Assembly: GCA_035221665.1 (NCBI GenBank)
Contig: CM069134.1
Coordinates: 94,178,001-94,242,000 of the forward strand
Direction of reading: 5' to 3'
From: Okamejei kenojei
Lineage: Eukaryota
DNA length: 64,000 nucleotides
In this document: positions 1 to 12,600 of the stretch, piece after piece
Numbering within the stretch: position 1 is the first letter of the stretch
Layout: every line of letters begins with the position of its first letter
The notes under the pieces: generated by a model
What the model saw: the letters and a program-made list of their open reading frames with translations, nothing else
What the model was told of the DNA's origin: nothing
Databases searched by the model: none
Program-made: the position numbers and the translations under genes

Positions 1-842
1 GATAACATTGAATGGCGGTGCAAATAAGAGAACAGTTGGATAACATGAAGGAAGCAAGTGACTGGGGTAATTGGGACTTCGGAAGCTGGCCAGACTGGCT
101 AATCAACATGACTATTATCTAGCAATTGGGATTATTTGTATTTTTGTTGGATTAGCAGTTGTAAAATGTGTATTGGGGAATGACGCAGACAGCACTGGAA
201 GCAAAGGTGCTCCGAGAATGTTATTGGTGAGACGGGATGAAGTATGTGATGAAGCAAAGACTGAATATGTTAATAAGGTGCAGGAAGAGTTTGAATGACT
301 GGGAAGGATATATATAGGTAGGAACATGGGGAGTTATCATGGAATGATAAAAGGGTGGAATGAGAACATGTAGAATTGGGGATACTTTAGGACTAAGGTT
401 TAAGTATTCTGAGTTAAGTTTTAATTTCTTTATTTTGACATCATTTAGTTAAATTTCATTATCCTTGCTGTGACATCATTTTTCCTGGAAAACATGTGAT
501 GTTTAATGCTATTGTAATTGGCTAGACGTATCATGATTGTAATTGGGTGGAAAGATTGTCCGCACCTGTATAACCATGTGATACTGTAGTTATTGGTCTA
601 GAATCACCATCCTTTATAAGTTACCTCCCACTGTATCAACCATATATATATGCTAATCCCTTTGTTTGAGCACATGTTTTTCTCCACGATCCACTGGGAG
701 AGCTTCCCAGGGCGGTACAGAAAAACCTGGTCACCATGGTGAAATAAAGGATGATTTAAAGTAATCTAGTCTGTGTTTTCACTGAAAGAACTAAAGGATA
801 TAAATACCGGAATTATCGGGAGAAGTTCCCTTTCCTTCTTCA
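1..842 (+). mobile_element. 3' end of an env-bearing LTR element (ERV-like): env TM remnant, PPT, 3' LTR 361-842
   Basis: Trp-rich segment QIREQLDNMKEASDWGNWDFGSWPDWL frameshifts into hydrophobic YLAIGIICIFVGLAVVKC. Polypurine AAAAGGGTGGAA lies directly before TG at 361. TATA-like run at about 642, AATAAA at 743-748, CA end at 842. Confidence 0.7.
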
Positions 843-906
843 ATCAGTATAAACCTTTAAACCTAGAACTGTACAGTATAGGAACAGGCCCTTTCATTCA
901 AAATTA

Positions 907-912
907 TTTATT
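907..912 (-). terminator. Probable RIOK1 polyadenylation signal AATAAA
   Basis: tttatt on the + strand, about 120 nt past the stop codon. Confidence 0.6.
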
Positions 913-1034
913 ATTTTAAACTTTACAATCTCCTTGGACAGATGAACCAAGTTGGGGAATTCCTCATTTCATAATCTTGTGATGGCTGTCAATGAACAAA
1001 CATCAGCTGACTCAAAACAAAGTTGTTCAAACAT

Positions 1035-1148
1035 CTAAGCCCTCCCTTTCTTCGTTTTAGCAACCTTTTCTTTTCTTTTCTTGACATGTTTACGCACTTT
1101 GTTTTTTCGTTTTTCTCGCTGGGCTTCTTTAACCAATCGTTTTTTATC
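1035..1148 (-). CDS. RIOK1: RIOK1 exon 17 coding part ([17 protein letters not shown]...KKGRA*)
   Basis: cttag acceptor, TAG stop at 1037-1035. Confidence 0.95.
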   Translation of the reverse strand, partial: DKKRLVKEAQREKRKNKVRKHVKKRKEKVAKTKKGRA

Positions 1149-4100
1149 CTAAGGACAAACAAAGAGCATTGTTCAGAGACCTAATAAGCATCAATGACAA
1201 TATTATTTTTCATTTTATGTAGCTTGTCAATTAATTACATTAATTCAGTCCGCAGTGCAAATAATGCAATTAACAATTACATCTACGGAAGCAATTTATG
1301 CAAGAATTTAAGTTCACTGACAAAAAACACTGCGCACATCATAGCTCCAAACTAATCACAAGTGACGTGTAGGAAGGAACTGCAGATGCTGGTTTACACC
1401 AAAGATAGGTACAAAATGCTGGAGTAACTCAGCGGGACAGCCAGCATCATCTCTGGAGAGAAGGAATAGGTGACGCTTTGGGTCCCATTCTTCAGAGGTG
1501 ATTGAAGAATCTATAAGAAACTTTGAATGTAGCTAAAGAGAAGTAATCACGTCCATCAGTCAGTGATGCAACCTCATATTTCAACTACCCATCCCTAACA
1601 ACATACACACACACACGCAACACCCTCCAGCCTGATCCTGATGCAACATCACAAGTTTTTTTGTCCTTGGATAGATAGAGGGAATGTTTTGGCACAATCC
1701 ATTATACTCTGGTCACTTTTGTTTCCTGTGAAAACCCCCCACTACTTTCTCCCATTTGGCATTTAGTCTCCTTGAACATATCCTGCCTTGAAAAACGTTT
1801 AAAAGTTGCATTTAATCTTCACTCATCAGTCACAGAGTATTAGAAAAACTGAATATATGTTCACGTTTTCTAATTTATTAAATTGTAGCAACTCATTTTA
1901 CACAGAGGCACTATAAAGTGCTTAACTTTTTAAATGATCATAAAGAATAGCATTAATTGCTAGAAAAAATAAGTTTGACCTTTGTGAACTAACCTTTCTG
2001 TTACTTTCATCTTCCTGAACGTGTTTTTTAGGATGGGTCTTTCCTTCTTCAGAATTAAGCTCCGAATCCGAGTCATCTTGTTCAGAATTAGATTTTTCAT
2101 CACTTTCTTCTGAATTCTCGAGAAGAGCAGGTACCTGATACAAATAATTAATTAAATTATGGATTAATGAACAATAACCTGCCATCCAAAATGCATTAAA
2201 TAAATTAAAAAGTAGATCAATAATCACTGAGAGATTAATTTTACTTCGGAGTCACGTGAGTGACTACGTGAAGAACCCCGCCTGGCGCTGGAACGGCATT
2301 ACGTCGACGCTGACGGCAGAAGGAAGAGCTGCAGAGGCTAGCTCTTCGACAGCGGTAGGTACGGAACCGGCAGGTAAGTGCAGTTGAAAAACTTTTAGGG
2401 TCTGGAAAACTCCGTGCCTGGTGTATTGAACCTGGATTTGAAATGAATTTTAAAACAAAAATAAAATAAGAGTAAAATAGAACAAAAATACTCTGTATAA
2501 TACAACGGAGTTTAAAAAAGAACGTCCCGGGGGAATACCCAGCGATCGGGACGGGAGATTAATTACGGAGCCGGTTCCGATACTGGTGACCGTTAAAAAT
2601 ACGTTAGGGAGGTTTAGATGCTCCACAAACTTTTGGCAGGGGGGGGAAATTTTAAATAAGTCAGAAAGGCCATAATTTAAAAAGTTAATAAAGGCCTTCA
2701 GACGGAAAATAATGGAAATATTCCCTAACCTACCCTAAGGGGGTTTCACATATAAAAAGGAAAAAATATGATGAAATATGGTGGGAATATCGACCTCAGA
2801 TATTTCTGAAGGTAGTCTCCTTGAGGGGGAAAAAAACTCAGGAGAAACAAGGGCAGTGAAAAATAAAATGGAAAAACTGACCCTAAAAATGCACTGATAG
2901 TGGTGGCTGGTCATGAAGTACNNNNNNNNNNNNNNNNNNNNNNNNNNNNNNNNNNNNNNNNNNNNNNNNNNNNNNNNNNNNNNNNNNNNNNNNNNNNNNN
3001 NNNNNNNNNNNNNNNNNNNNNNNNNNNNNNNNNNNNNNNNNNNNNNNNNNNNNNNNNNNNNNNNNNNNNNNNNNNNNNNNNNNNNNNNNNNNNNNNNNNN
3101 NNNNNNNNNNNNNNNNNNNNNNNNNNNNNNNNNNNNNNNNNNNNNNNNNNNNNNNNNNNNNNNNNNNNTAAGAAGTGAGGCCATGGAAAATTACCATGGA
3201 AAACCAAAATGAGTTGGTCTCTCACTAAAAGCTGTTATGGTTAAAACAGCAGAACTAATGATGAGTGAGGCCATGAAAAGTAAACATGGAAACTAAAAAC
3301 TCACCAAAGCTGTAATGATTGAAACAGCAGAATATGATAAAACTTTTATGTTTTATAAAGATATCAACGGTGAATCCGTTTATGATATCCATGTCTCAAA
3401 TTATATGAGATATAAAGAAATACAATTTCAAAGTATTTCAAACTGGTGCATGGCATTACTATTCAAAAAGAAAAATAAAATAAAATAAAACGTTGTGCAA
3501 ATATCTAATACTTTTAAAATAAAATAAATTGCCATCAGTTTGTGGAGCTCAATGGGAAGAAATATATATAATTTACCAAATCTGCACTCTAGATTTGCAG
3601 ATCAATATAAATCAGGTTATGTTAAACTCCTGATTATTATGGAATAAACCTGCCTTATGATAAATCAAAGATATTGATTACAAAAGAACAGACTACTGAT
3701 CTTTAAACTTTGGGGGGGGGAAAACTATGATCCAATGAAAGATTTGATAATGGATCAAAACAAAGGCAAAGATCTTTAAACTTGGGGGAAAAACCATGAT
3801 CCAATGAAAGATTTGATAATGGATCAAAACAAAGGCAGAAGTGGTATAATCCAACATAGCCTTATCCAAACCCATATAATTGGGAAAAGAAGGCTTGAAG
3901 TACGTTGAAGAGGTGCAAACATCTTGTTACAAAATAAGTTCATGAAATCTCCAATTGTGGGGGATTACAGGTGTATTATGATCGTTAATTTAATATAACT
4001 AAGGAAGGATTGGTTCACCTGCATAAGAAAACCTTAAAAATTGATTTTAGGTTTGCACTCAAAAGTAACTCCAATAAAGAAGGGGTACGTACATATATAT

Positions 4101-6576
4101 TATAAAATTACCTCAGTGTAAAGATTTGATGGTATAAACCATACAAAACATCATTTTATATACACTTTCACAGTGTAAGAACATTTATTAAAATGGAAAC
4201 ATCTAGAACATGGAAATACAGTTGCCATTAACAAATTGTTAATCAATATTACAGGTGCTTGAAATTAATTAAAATGGGTCAAGCTGTGCAAGTTTAAAAC
4301 ATTGTCCAAAGGATTAAACCCAGTTCAAGGCTGTTAAACAGAATACTGGAGGAACAATTATGCTGATAAAAGATCAGCACTTGCACTAATGAGGTCATGG
4401 TCATGGGTTATCTTGATTACATTTAAATTGGAAGGTTATAAGAGTCGGCTGCAAATTAGTGCTGCAATTACAAACCTGGTGGTAGGTAAGGACCTGACCC
4501 ATTATATAAAGCGTATGCTTAGGCATTAATAAAATATTCATAAATTACTATTCTGAATTTAGAAGTAATTCAGCACCATAAGAGGGGGAAAATTGTTCCA
4601 TGATACAAATATGTCTCATTGTTGTTGACATACTTTGTCCCTCCATTAGGTTAGGTAAAGGGTAAATAAAGCTCCAAAAGAAGGAATACAGAAGCTTATA
4701 AGAAAATGTATGCCTTTGTGAGAGGCTTATGCAAATATCAAATGATACATTATCATTATTAAAGTAATGTAAAAAAGGTTCACAAGCTGCTTCAACTATA
4801 AGCTTAACAGCTGTTGCAAACTGAAGCATGTGTTACAGATGATGTACAGCTTCTGTGAATGTTTGGGTAAAGATAAGAATATTATCTATTCTTATAAGAA
4901 TAATTGATACGTCTCTTGTTGGGACTGCGGACAATAATACCAGGTGAGCATAAATGGATTGTCCTAAGAAATTTTCCAAACATTTGTATTAATTTTTGAA
5001 GTATAAGGAGTTATGGATTAAAATATCGATTGTTTTATTATGGAAGTGTCCATGTCGTATCAAGGCGAACAATACCACGGCTGTGGCATATGTTAAAACA
5101 CACAAGATAAAATAACAATTATGGGATTATCTGAGTAAACAGATGTGGCATATTCTAAAAAATTTAGTCCAGCTGTTTATCTCTAAGGAAGAGACAATGG
5201 TATCGGAGACAACAAATTTGGGAGGAAAAAACACATTGTCATTAATATGGATTACTTACGATTAATCTGGTTGCATACAGATTAAATCACCGATCTTTCA
5301 AATGTTTCTTGTGGGTAAACCAAGAACAGGAAAGGTGGATGCTTTTCTCTCAATTACATGAGGAAAAGATGTTCTTTTGTGTTCCTCATTTTGTTTGATA
5401 GGGCAGTGTCTGATGAAAATGTAGCAGGACACTGCCAGAGGCATTTTGGTGGCCCAATACGGATCCTTCATGGTTTCATAAATATTGAGTGATGTTGAAC
5501 CACTTGTGATGATTCATAGTTGCAGTAATTTATTGAAGTCTGAGGAAGGGTCTCGACCCGAGGTGTTGCCTATCTCCTTTCGCTCTTCGGATGCTGCTGC
5601 ACCCGCTGGGTTCTCCAGTTTTGTGTAACCCTGCAGTAATTTATTGTTGTACAAAGGCATCCATGACATGAAAATATGAATTTGACTATCTGCAGGTTGA
5701 CCAGACCATTACAACAGCTGATGGTCAAAGAAGTCTATGAATGTTTAACTAATATAACAACATAACAATAAAATAATTATGTATAAAAGAAGTGTTATAC
5801 CTGCAATTTGCAGAAATAAGTTTAAAAAACAATATTTTGTTATAAGAAATTGGAAGTCTGTGTATACAGTAAAGTTATTTTATCATATTAGATATATGGA
5901 GTTCCTTGTGGATTGCATTTTTCTGAGCATCTAATTGATAGAGCCAATAATAGGGCTCGGAGTGTTACCGTCCTATTAACGGACAATATACTAACCAAGA
6001 AGTTATCAGGTGCATTCATAATATCCCGATATGGAAAGGNNNNNNNNNNNNNNNNNNNNNNNNNNNNNNNNNNNNNNNNNNNNNNNNNNNNNNNNNNNNN
6101 NNNNNNNNNNNNNNNNNNNNNNNNNNNNNNNNNNNNNNNNNNNNNNNNNNNNNNNNNNNNNNNNNNNNNNNNNNNNNNNNNNNNNNNNNNNNNNNNNNNN
6201 NNNNNNNNNNNNNNNNNNNNNNNNNNNNNNNNNNNNNNNNNNNNNNNNNNNNNNNNNNNNNNNNNNNNNNNNNNNNNNNNNNNNNNNNNNNNNNNNNNNN
6301 NNNNNNNNNNTATATAAGTCGGGAGATAAATAATCCTGAAATGCCTTAGGCAATGGACTCTTAACTCTATCAATGATTCAAAAAAGTTAGCATTGAAAAT
6401 AATAATGCTGATGACTTTAGTATCAATATAAGAGAGCAAACATTGCAAATGTTACGTTATAATTGCATGTGGATACAGATTGCATTATCATATATGTTTA
6501 TGAATTTACCAAACAAAGCACACCAAGAGGAGCTGAAACCATGGTAAACCTATAAGCATATCCTGTCGGCCTTAAG

Positions 6577-6657
<81 letters not shown>

Positions 6658-9600
6658 CATTGATGAAATATGTTGAAGTAGGTAAGAGTCTCTGTGGTAA
6701 TGAGACAGCACTACTTATTACACACAAAAACCACATTAGGTTCAGTAAAAACTGATGGTTCTAGAGGAATGTATTCTAGATGGTTAGAAATTGGATACAC
6801 TCAGTGGAACTAGACACTGAAAGGTGGAAAATCACTCTGTTAATGAGGTAGATACATTCACAGGAATGGCACGGGATGAGCCGCTCGAGCAAAGATGCAA
6901 GGCCACAGGAGGGTGTAAATTAATGTTAAAGTAAAAAGGAACCAGTCATGGTGTCAGGTTTGGACACGGAGTGTTGGGTTCTCTATAATTGTTGCTTTGT
7001 CATACCATCAAAATATATATATCAATTGATATTTTGTGATAAACTTGCCTTTCAATGGAAAGGGCATTACTTTTATTCTTTATAATGTGAAATAATTTAT
7101 CACATAACTTGAGGCAATGTTTGGGGAAAAATGTGTTATTCGCTCGACACATGTGTTGAATGAGCCGGACTGTCGTATGGAATAAATTCTACGACATGAA
7201 AAACACAGAAAGCTTCAAAATCTTCACGTAGTCACTCACGTGACTCCGAAGTAAAATAGTAAGATTAAACGAGAACTTACCAGTTTTGAAGTTTGATCTT
7301 TATTTTTATGAGGAGTAACGATGAGGGATTACGTGCCCTCCACTCCCCACCCTCATAAAATAAATGATCATCTGGTAGTTCTAAATCTATGAGAAGCCTT
7401 ACTATCTTACTCAGGCTATTATGTTCTGTGTTTTTCATGCCGCTGCTTTGAAGTATGCCGTTCCAGCGCCAGGCGGGGTTCTTCACGTAATCCCTCGTCG
7501 TTACTCCTCATAAAATAAAGATCAAACTTCAAACTGGTAAGTTCTCGTTTAATCTTACTATTATCAAGTGTTAAAGCATCATCCAAATATGGAAACAAAA
7601 TTAGTTTTAAACCACTGTAAAACACATCACTTGCGTAGGACGGAACTGCAGATGCTGGTTTAAACTGAAGATAGACACAAAATGCTGGAGTAACACAGCG
7701 GGACAGGCAGCATCTCTGGAGAGAAGGAATGCCTGTCCCGCTGAGTTACTCCAGCATTTTGTGTTTACCTTCCATCACTTCCTGTTTAATCTCAAACCAC
7801 CAATTTCATATATTCTCAAGTAGCTTGACTCTTGTTGAATTGCTCAATTTGCCTTGATTTATGTAATGGCCTTGTTCAAAAGGAGGCCCACAACTTATCT
7901 TCTAAAAAAGTTCATTTTATTTCTGTTTGTTTTCATCTTATTGGTTTTGTTTTCAAGTTTACACCAGATTCCAGGTCCTCAAGAAAGGAATACTGGATAT
8001 ACGGAACTCTTCACATTTGAACTAATTTTCCAAAACAGAACCACAAATCTTACCCGTTGTACACCCGTCAAGTCCTTCTTCATTCCTGTTACTGTTTGGT
8101 ACAGAATCTAAGCAAAGCCACAAATCAGACTGGTTGAAATATGTTATTTTATAACATGCAAAAATTACTATTCAATGGCATATTTAGAAAAGGCAGAAAT
8201 ATTTTTGCTGCTGTATGTTATAAACATTTTCATTGTTAAGTATCTCAAAGACTAGATTCACTCGATATGCATTAAATAATTTATAATGAATGCATTTGGT
8301 TCTTTTATTTCCCCCCTCAGGTAGTCCTTGGGGTCAAGGACGACTTGCTTCTATTCCAGTTCTGTGGGCATCAAGGTGTCAAATGAGCCCCATGCACCTT
8401 CTAGGAGGAATAGTTGGGGCAGGTAGGTGGGTAGTTGGATTGTGTGCTCTTTTAGTTCATTCCACATAGCCTCTGGACTCATTTGTAGAGACAGTAGTTT
8501 TGCATTGTCTTCCCAATATCTGCTTCTCCATTTTGAATCTTTGGGAGTGAGGAATTCGTATTGGTCAGAAGGATGTGAATTTTTATACAGAAAGGCTTGG
8601 AGAATAAACTTAAATCCTTCCTTTGTGCTCATGGGAAAACATTTAATGTGACTGATATCAGAGTTGAGTGCTTGTTTTGGAAATCTGATAGTCAGGCATG
8701 CAGATGATGTAGCCTGCTAACTACAGAGTCTTGAGGCAGGGATATTGCCCCAAAAGAGGACATTGCGATTACTTCATCTCTCTTAACAATGGATTTTATG
8801 GATATTGTGGAGGCAGAGATGTACCTCTCCAGCTCTCCGAAGTATCCATTATAGGCTGTTGATGCCTCTGAAACAAACAGTCGAGTAAAACATCAGTGCT
8901 GCTCAGTAGACTGTGAGCTTTGCACTGATGTTCATGAGAGAGGTGGCTCACACAATATGGGAAAATAAATGAAAGGGGTTCTAGGTAAGGTACATGTTAG
9001 TTGCTTCAAGCTTGAATAATTAACGCTGATTAGAAAATGAACGAAATTCATTTTCTAAATAATTTATTTGTTAACCCATGAAATGAATGTATTAAAACTG
9101 GCAACAGTGATAAATTATATTTAAATTATACCAGAAATTAAATAAAGACTGGGTTATGCTGATAGGATTGAAGGAGAAATGTAAAGGAGGACAATCAGTA
9201 AAATTAAATGCATTGTTTATATTACAAAGTTTATTTTCCTTTGAAGGAATGTTAACATTTTTTTGCAGTTAATTGTACTTGGTCTGAAAGTTGCTCAATT
9301 GAATTATTGCTCATTATACTGTTAATCACTCATATTTGCATAAACTAAACCTAACATTTGCATCTGTCTTTAGCATTAAACGTGGATAAATTTGTACCAT
9401 TGAAGTGATTACAAAGCCAGATTTGTTGGTGAAATCTGCAACTATCACCATTGTGAAGCAGCCTGAGTTCGTGACAGCAACTTATGGTTTTCTGCCTTTT
9501 GGGGTCAATTGTCATATGTACCAGAAATGAATTAAAGCAATTCTTACTTGCTGCAGCTTTACAAGCCTATTAGATCAATAGCACACAGATATACAATGAT

Positions 9601-12600
9601 CAACAATATATAAATAAATAATCAGCCAGTAATACCAGTTAACCAGATAACTATTTACAGAATTGTGTATAACCAAAATACATTGTGTAACCTAAAACAA
9701 AGTCTACAGTATATTGTTGCAGAGGTAGGTTTGTTATTAGTGTTGTGCAATGTGGTTCAAGTGCTTAATAGTTTCTGGAAAGAAGCCATTTTGAATCTGG
9801 AGGTTAGAGTTCTAAGACTCCTGTACCTTCTTCCTGATGGTTGTAATGAAATGAAAACGAGACCAGGGTGACGTGGGTCATTAATTATATTGACTGTCTT
9901 TTTGAGACAGCATCTCCAATAGATCCCTGTGATGGTGGAGGCGGGTGGGGGAGGGGAAATATTCATGATGGGTCAAGCAAGGTCAACAACTCGGCAGCCT
10001 CCTTTCTTGGGCATTCGAGTTACCGAGCCAGGCCGTGATACAATGAGTATGATCTCTACTACTGCACAACTGTACAGGTTCAATAGAGTATTCGGTGACA
10101 TATCGGATCTCCTCAATCTTCGAAGAAAGTTGCTTTGTTGCATCGTGCTAAGGAGATCATTTATGATATGCATGCCCAGGAACGTGAAGCTATTGACTCT
10201 TTTTAGAGATGCAGATACCAGAAGACCTATAACGGTGGTGACTTCTAATTGCTTTGTTATTTTTAATATCAAAATAAAGTTTAATGTATTGGTATTCACA
10301 GCTAAGCAAAGTGTCAGCGTTCAGCTGAATTATAATTTTTAACTGAAAGAATTGCTGCTTTGGGGAAGATACTTGCAGAATTATTAAAAATTATTGGACA
10401 GATTTTCAGAAATTCTATAAAATGAGGCAAATGTCTTGCTGGAGATTATCCTTTACATAAGCAGAACAAAAAACAATATCTTCATACAATAGATTTTATT
10501 TTTCTAATGCAGATCACAAAGACGACCACTTACATTGTCATGCTGTCTATCTAAAATATTCTCCTCCTTAAACTTTGTCATGATATCAACATCTCGTTCA
10601 TAATCTTTCACTTCATTTAGCGTCCTGGGAATGTAGGCCCTTTTGAACACCTACAGAGAGAAAAACAAATGAAACCAACAATCATTTTTTCCTCACCTTC
10701 CACATCAGCCGTCACTTATAACATATAATCCCATCTCCTCCCTCTTCTGCTCTCCGCAGAGATTGTTTCTTCCGTAACTCCCTTGTCAATTTGTCCCTTC
10801 CCATCCCCTCCCCTTGTACTTTCCCTTACAACCACAGGAAATGCTACACTTGTCGCTTTATCTCCCCTCTCGACCCCATCCAAGGACCCAAGGAGTCTTT
10901 ACAGGTGAGGCAGAGATTCACCTGCACCTCCTCCAACCTCATCTATTGCATCCGCTGTTCCAGGTGTCAACTGCTCTAACCAACCTGATCTCCCAGTGGC
11001 TCAGCACTTCAACTCTCCCTCCCATTCTGAATCCGACCTTTTTGTCCTGGGCCTCCTCCATGGCCAGAGTGAGTCCCACCGCAAATTGGAGGAACAGCAC
11101 CTCATATTTCGCTTGGGTAGTTTATACCCCAGTGGTATGAACATTGACCTCTCCAATTTCAGGTAGTCCTTAGACCCGAAACGTCGCCTATTCCTTCACT
11201 CCACAGATGCTGCCTCCCCTTTCTCCAGCTTTTTTGTCTACCTTCAACTTTTATATATAACCAGTAACACTGAACAGCACACTAATAAGTATAACATAAA
11301 TATACAGAAGTAGATAATATGCTCAAGGCAAAACTCCAACAGTAATACATCTGGAGAGCTTAGGAATGTGAAAATTCAATCAATTTCCCCGACAAGATAC
11401 ACACCTCTTCATCTACTTTGCCTTGGTTCGATTGTTCCTCCTCTGTTCTATTTGCAGATAATTCCATTGCCTAATAACATACGTAAAGCATCAGTTCTGT
11501 TAGACACACAACAAGCAATTTCCTTCATTGCATATTTGTTTATGATGATAAATGATTATTTCGCAATACTCTTGTTCATTAAAGTTATTTGTAACGAAGG
11601 AGATTTCACACCAATTATCGAAAAGCTGAACACTTTTAATCAATCGTACTTCTTTGGAAAGAGTCACAAGTCATTATAAATATTCCAAGAGCCACAAGGC
11701 TAAAAAATGCATTGACCAGAAAAGATAGTATTAAGAAAGAAGTGCAAATATAAAGACCTTAGGATTCACGTAGAAACCAAATTGATAAATAAATGGCTTT
11801 ATAACACGAGGCATGTAATACAAAGATACTATCCTGAAAGTCTTTAATATATCATAGATTAAACACTTTGGTTATCAATATATAATTAAACCAATGATTT
11901 CAATTCCGGGAATGGCATGATACAAAAGACCCGTGAGAATTTTAAAGAGCCAGAGAAAATGTATTTGAATGATCCTAGGCACAAACAAATTTCAGATATT
12001 TATGAAGATATTAGTAAAATACTGTTGGCAAAGTTAACCCATAATGGGACTATTCAAAAAGATGAGGAGTTTTGATAGAATAGGTCAGGAAAATCCAAAA
12101 CTCCTCATCTTTTTGAATAGCCCCATTATGGGTTAACTTTGCCCTCCATAATGGATGAAGGGTTCATGTCTTAATAACTTAACATTAGAAGTGCAAGAAC
12201 TAAAAACAAATTCCTCGATATAAAGCAGGTCAGACAGGTTCTGTTGAGAAATAGCAGTCACAGGTATTAGATCAAATATCTTTCATCAGAACTGGCAAGT
12301 GAGAAAACAAGTTAGTTTTTAGCTCAGAGGGGCACGGAAGAATGGATAAAACTAATGGTATATCTCTGTAATAGCGTAGTGCGTGTTGCAAAGGTGATTC
12401 CACCGTTTACAGCCATCTGTTTGATAAATTAATGAGAGCAGTTAGAGAAAGAGAAAACAAAGGACATGTAAAAGTTGTGAAATGCTCATCTGAGCTGTTG
12501 CTAAAAGACAAAACCAAATGTAAATGCCAAGCAGATCAGACAGTGATGTAATATTGCAGATGGATATATTTTACATCAGAACTGGTCAACTCAGACACAA

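Larger units (their letters stand above)
2238..7562 (+). mobile_element. DIRS1-type tyrosine-recombinase retrotransposon with decayed ORFs
   Basis: 35-bp inverted repeat 2265-2299 / 7455-7489. Internal complementary region 7221-7335 matches both outer ends. ATT at both termini. Remnants: NTTAVAYV (RNase H), RLNH..VDAF..GILV (methyltransferase-like), [14 protein letters not shown] and YP..LCV..KPH (YR). Confidence 0.9.

Noticed and set aside
2735-3225. ORFs spanning X runs (also 5888-6448)
   Set aside because: Artefacts of translating through N gaps.
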